Assembly (NCBI GenBank): GCA_013265495.1
Contig: MU058065.1
Coordinates: 8,721,819-8,785,818 of the forward strand
Reading direction: 5' to 3'
DNA length: 64,000 nucleotides
Source of the DNA: Vicugna vicugna
Lineage: Eukaryota
Shown here in pieces: positions 49,633-61,150 of this stretch. The stretch's first letter is position 1. Every line of letters begins with the position of its first letter. Below the pieces are notes generated by a model that saw only the letters and a list, made by a program, of their open reading frames with translations, was not told the DNA's origin and did no database searches. The translations under genes and the position numbers were made by a program.

Positions 49633-50050
49633 TGTTAAGGGGTGAATTGTGTTCTCCTAAAAATTCATATGTTGAAGTTTTAACCACCCCTACTCAACCC
49701 GAGTATTTCAGAATATAAGCATATATGAAGATAGGGTCTTTAAAGAGCTAATTAAATTAAAACGAGGTCTTATGGATGGGCCCTAATTGAATATAACTAT
49801 TACCGTCATAAGAAAAGGAAATTTAGACACAGACACATACAGAGGCAAGACAATTTGAAGACACAGGGAGAAAAGGGCCATCTACAAGGCAAGGAAGAGA
49901 TCCTTTCTTCATAGCCCCCAGAAGGAAGCAACCCTGCTTACACTTTGATCTTGGACTAATAACCTCTAGAACTGTGAGAAAATTAATTTCTATTTTTTAA
50001 GCCACCGAGTCTGTGGTACTTTGTTATGGCAGCCCTGGAAAACTAATACA
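49633..50050 (+). mobile_element. MLT1-family (ERVL-MaLR) solo LTR
   Basis: TG...CA termini. Motifs gaattgtgttctcctaaaaattcatatgttgaag and ctagaactgtgagaaaattaatttc...tgtggtactttgttatggcagccctggaaaactaataca. 5-bp TSD ccaca/ccaga. Confidence 0.9.
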
Positions 50051-50959
50051 CCAGAATGTTGTTTTCCAAAGGAAGTTTCTTGGTCTCTGCATTTTATGGA
50101 TTCCCTAATATCACAAATTAAAAGATTCATTGAATTATAGCTGTGTTGTTTTAGGAACAGGGAGAAGACATTGGTATCATCCATGTAAAACTAACCACGT
50201 TGTTGTAGAACAGGAAAAAAAGCTACACCTTCAGCACAGCTGGTGACTGATGGCCTCATAGGTACCAAATGGCCACAGCCTTTCTTTTGTTTCTATAAAA
50301 AATTTTCTGTGCAGAATACATTTCATTTTCTCTGTGAGCTACCACAAGATCTGCTTATGGTAGGAAAATTCAAATAGAACAGTGCTGGATGTCTTCTGGG
50401 TCAGATAATTACTTTTAAGATTCTATAACTGGAAGCTGATTGAAACTGGAATGGTGTCCTTTTTCAAATGAAGTAAATTCCAATGGCTTCAGCAAAATAA
50501 AATTCAACTGATATTATTGGCAATGTATGATGGTAAAACTATGAAATGTGAAAATATTATGCTACATTCAGATTATGGAATAAATCAATTCTTTTCAACA
50601 TAAAGTGATATATAACTTTGGTTAATAAAAATATTAGTTTATCTCTACCCGTACTAAACACATGTAGAACATAGTTGAAGAACATTATCTTGAATCTACG
50701 GTATCTTTGTTGGACTCTGTTTATATTATCTTCCTATCTAGCTGGAAGAGTTTTGTAGTTTAGGAAAAAGGCTCATTCTTTCCCTTTTCCTGCTCAAATT
50801 ACCTGAAACAAATATTTGTAGCTTATCAACTTCCATAAAACGAGCTATTTCCACCAAAATATGCTCAGGGAAAACTTGAAGGGGAGACAACAGAAAGGCC
50901 AAATACTCTCACTCTTGATCAGTGCCAACATTCTTCTCTTCACTTAGATTTGAAACTTA

Positions 50960-51270
50960 TCCTTCTGTATTCTTCATACTCAATCAGATATCAAATCTGT
51001 CGATTCTTCATTTGTATCTCCTCACACATATATCCATTTCTTTGTAGTCGCATTGTCATCTTTTAGTTCAGTGCCTTATCATCTCATGCAATTTCAACCT
51101 CTATTTTTTCTGTCCTTCAATTCATTCTGTATATTGTTTCCAGAATAATTTCCCTCAACAGTACTTTTCTCATTCATTGCCTTGCTAAATAAAAGTAAAA
51201 CACATCACTAGAATTTCCATGATTGTCTGCTGCTAATAGAATGAAATCCGCATTCCCTAGGCAAGCATTT
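50960..51270 (+). mobile_element. L2 fragment
   Basis: caatcagatatcaaatctgtcgattc...ttagttcagtgccttatcatctc...ccttcaattcattctgtatattgtttccagaataatt. Confidence 0.55.
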
Positions 51271-52620
51271 TTTGGGCCAAGCCAGTCCATTAAGAGTTGT
51301 CCCCCTATCCAGATACCAGTGCCCCTGGCTTACTAGAAAAAGAAAAGGATGTGCTTTGACTCAGAGGACCCCTCTACCTGGCACTTCAAGCCTCCATTCC
51401 TGAGCCCATCACCAGGTTTCTTACTGCCCTGCCCCTTTAGAGTGATAGAGAGTCTGGATACCTACTTGGCTTCGGATTGAGCTTCTTCCCAAAAGGTGCT
51501 TCTATGATCCAGCTCCATACAGTGCAGCCAATGATGTCCTCTGACAAATTTGATTCAGCTAGGAAGCAGCATCCTGGCATTCACCATCTGGAAAAGGGAG
51601 ATCAGATAGTCTTTAATGCTCTCTTCAATATGGACCCCACATATATTTTTTGCCTTCTTTCCCTATGCAAATGTTTTATTTCAGCAAAGTGTCCACCTAT
51701 GGTACTCCAAATCGCTACTCATTCATCCTAAGCCCCTAACTATGAGAGTCCAAAGGAAATTTTCCCCTATCAGAATCCTTAACACTCATCACCAGAATAA
51801 TGAGGCCACTTTTGTTGGTTTTTAGGATTTCTTTGCTAACAATGGATACATTATCTGGGAGTCCATCTCTATGTCTTATCATGTTCTCTGTTTCTGTAGA
51901 CATGGGTCTCTTTATCACTGCCATTAACCAAGTATGACCACTTCCAGTAATCTACTCGGGGGCTAAGTCCCCTCTAGCTCTGTCTCTGCCTGACCCCTTG
52001 GCCTGCCAGTCTCTACCTGACCAACAAACAGAGCCTTAGTCCAAGCATGTGAAGCGCGTTGTTGTTTCCCATGGGTGTGTCAATCTCAGGGTAGTAGGGC
52101 AGTGTGAAAGAAACATTAGTTATGGCTCCACCCAAGGCATTCCCTTGTCCCGTCCAAGGAATGGCACTTCCCAGCATGGACTTTAAAGGGGAGATGCCTT
52201 CTGTAGGTCCACCCTTCTGTGTTTTCTACGCCTCATTAAGGGCCCCATCCACTCTCTGGGGAAATCACCTCCAATGAGGAAGAGGAAGCTCTGTCCAGAG
52301 AAATCTTTTGGGATCTTGAAAACTTGGGGTCCTCAGGCTTTGACAAGTTATCCCTTAGGGCACTGATGCTGATTCAGTCAGCTCTGGAGGGAAGGGGCAG
52401 GCTCCAGATCCTTGAATGAGAGTGAAAGTGGCTGTTGTAATCCAAGTTCAGTCTCCTAACCATGACAACTGCAATGGATTTTCGCATTGGTTACCTAGCA
52501 AGTAATCACACCTCACCAATGTTGTCTAAGATAACAGTCCAAACTCACATTGAAGAAAGAATATTTCTCCTGTTACTATGCCTTTTTTCTCACCCTTTTC
52601 AAAAAATTGGAGCCCACTTT

Positions 52621-52666
52621 TGTGTGAGACTGTGTGTGTGTGTACGTATGTGTGTGTTTGTGTGTG
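52621..52666. repeat. Imperfect (TG)n microsatellite
   Basis: tgtgtgagactgtgtgtgtgtgtacgtatgtgtgtgtttgtgtgtg. Confidence 0.8.
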
Positions 52667-54845
52667 CCAAGAAACAGTTGTTTCTCTACTGGACCTAGCC
52701 TGAAGACTTGAGCCAGCACGCCAACTGTCCAAGAGAGGTGGCTCAGGCTTTGATCAATTCTTTAGATTCCAAGTTTCCCCTTGATAGGTTTGGGACAATG
52801 ATGGGGATATTCTAGTTTATCCCATCTCCCAGTATTGTGATCATACAGCAATTACATAACTTCTTCACAGCTTACATGTAGGAGATACATGTGGAATTTG
52901 TGGTATATACACAGATAAATGGGACAATTTGAATTCCAGGGGTGTAGAAGTTAATGGGCGATACAAGTATGTCAGCAACTAGTCATGATACACAATATGA
53001 AATAGATACTTTCCTAGGTTGCAAATGAGGATGGAGTGGTGTTGATTTTAATTGGATAGGGTTGATTTTGATCAGAAAAGGTTTCTTGGAAGCGGTATCA
53101 TTTAATATCCTTCAATATGAGACAGGGTTTTGATAGGCAGACAATGCACTAGGGTCAGATGAAACTACATAATCAAGGCCTAAAGTGTTAGAGAATATGG
53201 TGTTTGAGGGGGAACAATATGGGTAAATAAGCCAGCTAGGGATTTCTAATTTTATCCTATAAGCAACAAAAGTGCATTTCCAGTTTTTCAGAAGATGAAT
53301 ATTCTCACTCAACTTTTGCTTGAAAAATATGACTCTATGTCAATGAGAAGGCTAGACTGGAAAGACACATCTAAATACTTGATAGAGCTGTGAGCTTTTC
53401 TTGGATATATCATGCTTCCTTAAGGTCATCTGTAGCCAGCAGAAATTCAGTTCTACCATTTCTTATGCCTTAGCAGGTATTCTCTGCTGCTTGAGGACTC
53501 GTATCTCCCATCGGTGCCATAAGCCAGTCTTGATTACTCCTAGTAATCCAGAGAGAGGGTCGAAGTCCCTCTTTGTATTGTATTACACTAGAAACACCCT
53601 TGGAAGTACATACACGGAAGAAACATAGGTAATTATTTATAGATTGAAAAGAAAAACCACTAAGGCAAATATATAATGTGCTAATACCACTTTAATATTT
53701 AACTTTACTATTCATCATGATTATTATGTATGTTTGAAGCTCCATAAAATTGATTTTCTACCCACTGGGGAATAAATGGGCTGTTTAAAACCATAGGCCC
53801 ACAAATAAATCTCCTGAGGTGCATGAGAGCACATTTCCTTCCTGATAATTGTGCACAATTAGAGCAGTTTCTTTCAGATACATAAATTAAAGCAATAAAA
53901 CGAGATAACTATAAATAGCACTGCTTGTTCACACTGAAGGAATTGAGCTGTAAACTACAAATCCTTGCCCAAAATAACTTTGTTCTGTAGTTGGGAACAC
54001 TGATAAGAATAGGTTATAGAATCACCAGATGGGAAGAAAACCTAGTCTAGTGCAAACCTTTTCTTCCAAACTAGATTATATCAAACCTCCCAGGGGGACA
54101 ACCTCCTCTGCTCATCCATATCAATGAGTATCCACAGAATAGGCTAAAAAAGAATTGAGAATGTTTGCGTGTGTTCCTTACTTACTGGTCATCCTTTCCC
54201 TAGGAGGTGAGAAGTGGGGCAGGTTTCATACACTATGGCCAGTGCTCAGGGACAAGAGCGTTTCTTCTTCTCTGTGGCTAGGATGGTTAAGACCAGGTGG
54301 CAGTACCTGAGAACTACGTCCTGGAGGGCCTTCTGACATGCTGAATTCAAAATGGGATGCCAAACTGAGGGCCTGACAGGAGACTGGGGGTGAATGTATG
54401 GAACCAATATAGGGCAAAGTGTCAAGATCAGGAATTCTGAGGAGCTTCAGTCCTTTTAAAAAGATTGGAATGAGATGGACAACACCACCATTCATGGGTA
54501 TTAAGTATAGACACTTCCTCGGAGCAAGTTTTCTTCACATGAATTGCTTGAAAGACAATTAACTAATTAGGGTACGTGTTTTGCATAACACAGATTTCTT
54601 TGGTTTTATAACAATTACAATCAAGAATTAGCACCAAAATAAGAATGAAAATGCTGTGGCCCACACAGGCTAGGAGTACCTCTCCACTCTGTGTGGCGGG
54701 CTGCTCATTGAACACTGCTTTCTTTTATCTAACAGCAGTTTTATGTTTTGCTCGTAATAACAATGAAAGTGATATGAACTGTATATAAGAGACCCTCTAG
54801 ATGCTAATCCCATCTGTTTCCCTTGGAAACAGTTAAGTTTATAAC

Positions 54846-54991
54846 AAAAATTTTGATAACGTAAGCTTTCCATAGGAGTATAATTTTTGTAATTTGATAA
54901 AATTTAAAATAAATAAAATTTTAAAATAAATAAAATAAAAAAAATAAAAATTTTGATAACGTAAGCTTTCCATAGGAGTATAATTTTTGTA
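54846..54991. repeat. Perfect 46-bp direct repeat pair with 54-bp A/T spacer
   Basis: aaaaattttgataacgtaagctttccataggagtataatttttgta at 54846-54891 and 54946-54991. Confidence 0.95.
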
Positions 54992-56627
54992 CTAGGGCAG
55001 AATATTTTCATTTACATTTCTTTGCTTTAAATTTAATACTATTCATTTCAAAAATACAGAAAATGACAAGAAGTGTCTCTAGGAAAACACCCTCGATGAC
55101 TTATAATCCAGTTTAGTTGAGACCTGACCATTCCTCCAGCTATTCAATCAACCACGCTTTCTCAAGAAATTATCAAGTCTTAGAAATTATCAAACCTAGA
55201 GATCATCTGGTTCCAACTATCCTCTAATGTACCTTTAGAAAAATAATAACAACCAGAGAGAAACTACTATATGAAATATAAGATATTATGAGCAAAGGGA
55301 ATGTTGGGGGCCACTGAGAGCTTGGACAGGAATTGCCAATACTGGGCAAGGAGTTCCTCCTGGGCATTTCAGAGTTGGAGTCAGAATGGGGAAGAGCCTT
55401 CTTGTTTGTTTCATCTGGTGCTAAAGAGAAGTTAGTCTTTACTAAAGATTTAATTAAACTGAAGTTAGGATTCTCAGAAAAAATATTTTCACCAACTTCA
55501 TATGTAAATGCCATTTCCTTTAATGATGTGTTTTTGCAACCTAAATTATTATATATTCCTTTGAGAAATGTATCAATACAGCTCTAATGGCTGAAATATT
55601 TAACGAGGACGTACAGCACACAACTCTACAGGATTCATGCTAAAAGGATTTTCAATCAGTAAACTGTGCTAGAAAATTAGAACATTAGATTTTGATCTCA
55701 GAATCTCTACTGTAATGAACTATATTCAGGCATGTTTTTATATGAGACAGTTTGGTGCTTTTATATATATTTATTTCCACCAAGTCCAATAGGCTTGTAA
55801 AATAGAGATTACATTAAAAATGAAGACATGGAAGTCTAGAGTAGGCATAACCTGCCTGTGGTGACATATAGCAGATATTGGCTGAGCAAGGATTTAAAAT
55901 AGATCTGACTTACTGCGAAGTCAAGAAAAAATTATGGGAGAAATAGTTGTTTCTTCAACTTACGTTATTTTTTAAAATGTTTGCTTTACTTCTTTTTTAA
56001 TCTCTTCAGCAGAGTCTTCAGGATCCTCAAAATAAAACCTTAGTAAACTAACCTAATCATTCCTTGTAAATTGACATTCAGTATTCTTGTTGTCTCAATA
56101 TCACACAGAGTGTATTTTATCTAAAACCCTACAAAGAGAGAACATCTAGAAAAAAAGTAACTTAATTTGTCTTCTTTTAAAAGATAATACTAATTTTATT
56201 AATTTAATCCTCTGACACTTCAAAACATGAATCATCAATTTTTTCATTATAAAACAATAGGCCCACATTATATTTTTAAAATATAGGAACTAAAGATGAA
56301 AGAAATCAATTCTAACTCCATCAGCCTAAAAAGGCAACTGCTTACATGTTGATGTGAACTTTAATTTTATAGTTTTTTTTCTTATGCATAGTTTTTAAAG
56401 CTGAATATACTGTGATTATAGAATGTCCCTTTTCACCTCTTAACCTTAATATACAAGAATTGGGAATTTAATCTTGACTCTTCTGTTAAATAAAACAAAA
56501 CTAGAAAGAGATGAGTAGAGAGAAAAAGAACAAAAAGGATGGATAAAGCCTTCCTTTGGCCCTTAATGTGTTACATTCTATTTGGGGGCCTTATCCCATT
56601 CTTAGGTATTGTGAAAGTGGGCAGAAA

Positions 56628-57750
56628 TATCTTAGTTTGGCCAGCTGTAACAAACTGCTACAGGCTGAATGGCTTAAACAACAGTCATTTATGTCTTACA
56701 GTGCTGGAGGCTGGAAGTCCAAGATCGGGTGCCTGCATTTTCTGTGTCTGGTGAGAGCCTAGATTGCGGACCTCTGCCATCTCTATGTGTGCTCACATGG
56801 TCTTTCTGTGTGCATGTGCACAGAGAGAGAGAGAAAGCAAGCTCTGTCTTTCTTTCCTTTTAAGGGGACTAATCTCATCATGGAGGCCCCAACCTCATAA
56901 CGTCATCTAAACCTAATTACCTCGCAAAGATCCCGTCTCCAGGGAACCCTCCTTCACTGCTGGTGGGAATGCAGTTTGGTGCAGCCACTATGGAAAACAG
57001 TATGGCGATTCCTCAAAAGACTAGGAATAGACTTAACATATGATCCAGTCATCCCACTCCTGGGCATATATCCAGAAGGAACCCTAATTCAAAAAGACAC
57101 CTGCACCCCAATAGCAGCACTCAATAGCCAAGACATGGTAACAGCCTAAATGTCCATCAACAGATGACTGGATAAAGAAGATGTGGTATATTTATACAAT
57201 GGAATACTACTCAGCCATAAAAATGACAACACAATGCCTTTGCAGCAACATGGATGTCCCTGGAGAATGTCATTCTAAGTGAAGTAAGCCAGAAAGAGAA
57301 AGGAAAATACCATATGAAATTGCTCATATGTGGAATCTAAAAAAAAAAAACAAAACAAAAAAGACAAAAAAAAACAAATACAAAATAGAAACAGACTCAT
57401 AGACATAGAATACAAACTTGTGGTTGCCAAGGAGGCAGGGGGTGGGAAGGGACAGACTGGGATTTCAAAATGTAGAACAGATAAACAAGATTATACTGTA
57501 TAGCACAGGGAAATATACACAAGATCTTGTGGTAGCTCACAGCAAAAAAAAATGTGACAATGAATATATATATGTTCATGTATAACTGAAAAATTGTGCT
57601 CTACACTGGAATTTGACACAACATTGTAAAATGACTATAACTCAATAAAAAAATGTTAAAAAAAAAATCCTGTCTCCAAGTACCATCACTTGGGTCTTAG
57701 GACTTCAATGTATGAATTTGGTGGGAGACACAAACTTTCAGACAAAAACA
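56628..57750 (-). mobile_element. MLT1/MST-type MaLR LTR split by an L1 insertion
   Basis: Left part tcttagtttggccagctgtaaca...tggcttaaacaacag...gctggaagtccaagatc...ctaattacctc resumes after 57678 as taccatcacttgggtcttaggacttcaatgtatgaatttggtgggagacacaaac. Confidence 0.85.
56942..57667 (+). mobile_element. Young 5'-truncated LINE-1 (ORF2 C-terminus, 3' UTR, polyA)
   Basis: From 56943 translates [44 protein letters not shown] (L1 ORF2 C-terminal motif). AATAAA plus A tail. TSD aaagatcccgtctcca (56926-56941) / aaaaatcctgtctcca (57663-57678). Confidence 0.95.
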
Positions 57751-58784
57751 ATAGGCAAATGATAGTTTAATGCAGAGTAGAACCCCACTATTATGCTCTA
57801 GTCCAAGTCCAAAAAGTTCAATCAAGTAAAATGAGGGTCAGTGTTATTATAAGGTTAGTGAATGACCTGGCTGGTGGAAAACAGTCACTAGTTGCATCAC
57901 ATGTGAACATGAGTTATCACGAGGCATGTTATCTCTCTGTATTGAGGGCTCCCTTATAAGGAAGGTGTACAAATAGGATCTGAGCTATTAAGAATGATAC
58001 CCCTCATCTTCCTTCACTGTATATTATTACAGCCATTTTCACTGTGAGTTTAAGGCTGGTAGATTTTATTTTCAATGTCAGTTCCAATTGGTTAATAGTG
58101 GCCACCTGGAGCACTGCATTGAGGAGAATTCCAAGGCCATGTCTTGGCTCAGGGAAATTTATTGCCTGTTTGATTAGTACCCTCTAGAACGACTGTGGGG
58201 TGGAAGGATGGAGGTGTGAATACTACCAACTGGCCTTCCTGGGCTTTAGGCATACTAGTCTTATTACTAATGAGGACATTCAGGGAGACCCTTTCAGAGA
58301 GGCAGAGGCAGGGAGAAGAGTTGCCTGAAAGGATCGCCAGAGAGAGTCTGAGGGAGTGAACAAAGCTAGTGAACTGAGTCAGAAAGAACTTGATTATGCC
58401 ACAGACTCAGAGTAAGCCAATCACAAATGCTTTAAAAATTAGTGGGGAAATGGAAATTAGTAGGCAGTTCAAGAGGGGGTTGAAACAGAAAATGCTTGAG
58501 GTCCACTGCTGGTGATCTATAAGAGCAGACAAGCCTGCAGGATAGATAAGCATCATCAGTGCAGCACAGCTGGGGGTGGGCCAAGGCTAAGAAGCTGAAC
58601 TTCACCTAAAGCAGTAGCTCTCCATGCTGGGTGCATCTTAGATACACTTGGGGAGATTACAACCTTATCTCTACCTGGGGGCCTCCTCAGACAAATTAAA
58701 TCATTATCAACTGGGAGTGAGCCCAGCTATTTTAATTCAAAATTGACCCAGGAGACTGTGGGTCACTGGCCTAAAGGAAAAAGA

Positions 58785-58980
58785 ACCAGGGTTTTAGAGT
58801 CTGATGCACTGGGTTTAAGTCCTGGATCTACCACTATTAGCTGTGTGATCTTGAAAAATGTACTTAAACTCTCTGAGTTACTATTTCCTTACCAATAAAA
58901 TACAGGTAATAATATAGGGTTTAGAGGCTCACATGAGGTCATACATACAAAGGCCTTAATACAATGTCCAGTGTTAGGTG
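58785..58980 (+). mobile_element. MIR
   Basis: tttagagtctgatgcactgggtttaagtcctggatctaccactattagctgtgtgatcttg...acttaaactctctgag. Confidence 0.75.
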
Positions 58981-59499
58981 GCAACACAGAATTTTCATGG
59001 GAAGTTTTCCTGTTGTTCTGGAATTAACAACTGGAATCCTAAACTGACAGCAAAGTATCGAGGACCAAACAATCAATAATAAATGACCAGGGATCAGACA
59101 TTCCTTTCAGGGCTCATCAAGAAGTAGCTGAACTTGTTTGCTTCCTCAGCCTTCATATTCTCCACCTGTTTCCAGTTGAAAACAAGCAGACAGGAGTCAG
59201 GAGGAGAGAATTCCAGGAACTCGTCTGCATCCGTGGGGGGCTGCTTTGTGATGAGATGCTTTTCCTGCTCCTTCCTCATTCAACTGGGTGTCTGCTTATA
59301 CCACAGAGAGGCTGGTCTACCTCTGTCCAGTTTGATAAGTGGAATGGAGAACTAGAAGGAGAATGTGGACCAGAGAGAAGGGGTAGAATTCTGCAGCTTC
59401 CATGCCCAATATTTAGCATTTGGTGATGAATATGGGATTTTATTGTGAATCAAAGGGATGCTGTGGAAGGCTGCCAGGCTTGAGGCAAGGCTGTCTCAC

Positions 59500-60100
59500 T
59501 AGTATACCACCCAAGAGAACTGGTTGCCAGGAAAGTGGACCCTGGTAACAAGAAACAGTGAGGTGAATCACCAAGGATAGGCGCAGATGGTGAAGATGGA
59601 AAAGTGGGAGGTCTTCTATGGAGCCTCTGGAAAATTCACATAAGCACCAACAAGGGAGCCAGATTTGGGTGTCTGCCACAGAGAGGGAGCCGACAGCCAG
59701 CCAGCACTGGCCGGAGAGGCCTTCAACACCCCAGGCAGGTATGAAACACTTGTCTCTCCTGTCCCTTTCCCTTGTCTCCACACAGACAGGAGGAGTGCCC
59801 CAGAGTAGGTAAGCCCCTCTACACTCACTGTAAGTCTCTCTGGTTGAGGGGCTGGCCAGGGCTGGGAGAGGGGACATCATCATTGTATTGAAGCAAGATT
59901 GAAGTTTTAAATCATATTAGACTGGATTAGGCTTTGCATTCCTGAAAGTGACCGGAACTCTAGAGAGCTGCCTGAGATGTTCTCAGGGGCACAACAAGGA
60001 GATTTGAACGTTGCAGAGTTGAAGGCAAGGATTGTAGAAAAATAAAATCATTTCATGTTTGACCCTTCTGTGAACTAGGATTGTTTGATAAATCAGATGC
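59500..60100 (+). mobile_element. Possible ancient LTR (MamGypLTR/LTR85-like)
   Basis: attgaagttttaaa...actggatt...cctgaaagtgaccggaa...ctgcctgagatg...aaaataaaatcatttcatgttt recalls the 3' part of ancient Gypsy-like mammalian LTRs. Family assignment is from memory only. Confidence 0.35.
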
Positions 60101-60964
60101 GGTAGCTACCATTTTCATTAACAGCAAAGTGGCAACACACAAGACTGAATGATACGGCTTTGGGGAAATGCACTGGCGATGAATCACTGTGTGATTATGC
60201 GGGTGGGGTTTCCCCTGAAGGACCGGAACTGCTTACTGCCAGCTGTCCTCAAAAGAGGTCAGCAGTGGGGCAGGAAATTAGAACTCTGAGACGTGGAGTC
60301 AGTCTGGGTAGATCTCCCAGGAAGGGCGCCTCCTGAAGCCCTGAGGTGCTCCCTGGGGCACGTGGGCCACCGGGTATGCCGTGCTTCCTCCTGGAGGGGA
60401 CTGAGCCTGTGCTTGGGAATCCACTCATTCTCTGTGTCCCTTTTTCCATTCATTGTCCCTGAACCTTCCTAAGATTTGATCAACATCTTGCATATTTTGA
60501 CTTCTGATGTCCTGAGGAGAATTAAGGAGAAAGGCCCACAACTATACTTGGGGCAAAGCTACACAGAGGAGGGTCATGACTCCTGTCCTGAGGCCACAGT
60601 GGTGGTGGCAGCAGCCAGCCACAGGCACTAGCTGAGAAGAGCTTCGCCCAAGAGTGGCTATCTCACAATAGCTGATTACATCACAGGTAGTGGCCAAAAT
60701 GGGGGTTCTTGAGGGATTAGTTGCTGAAACGCATGACAGGGGACCCTGAGAGAGGCTCAGAATTCTTAAGTATATCAGGGGACATTGGTGTGAGAGGCCA
60801 ATTTATGTCAATAAAACTAGTGTGAGTCAAGCCATATAGTCTGAATTGCACGATAATCAGTTACCCAGCAATTGAACAAGCTCCTTGTCACTATGAATGT
60901 TTAAAGAATAAATATTTTCCTTTTAGGGAATTTTCTAAGGGTGTTCCTGTGACATTTACTTATT

Positions 60965-61150
60965 CAACATGTATTTATTTTGCATTACTGTATACAAGCA
61001 TTGTGCTAAGTGCTTTCTATACAATCTCTATTAGTAACCCAGTTTTATAGATGAGGAAACTGAGGCTTCGAAGTTAAATGAGTTGCTTAAGCTCTTAACA
61101 GCCAATAAGCAGCAGAGCTAGGGTGTGACAACAGTTGTCTGACCCTAACC
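60965..61150 (-). mobile_element. MIR
   Basis: caagcattgtgctaagtgcttt...cccagttttatagatgaggaaactgaggcttcgaagttaaatgagttgc. Confidence 0.75.

Noticed and set aside
54846..54991. Repeat-spacer-repeat as a CRISPR-like array
   Set aside because: Only two units, low-complexity spacer, mammalian context, no cas genes.
59440..59883. 147-aa minus-strand ORF
   Set aside because: No recognisable domain or splice context; lies within a probable ancient LTR.
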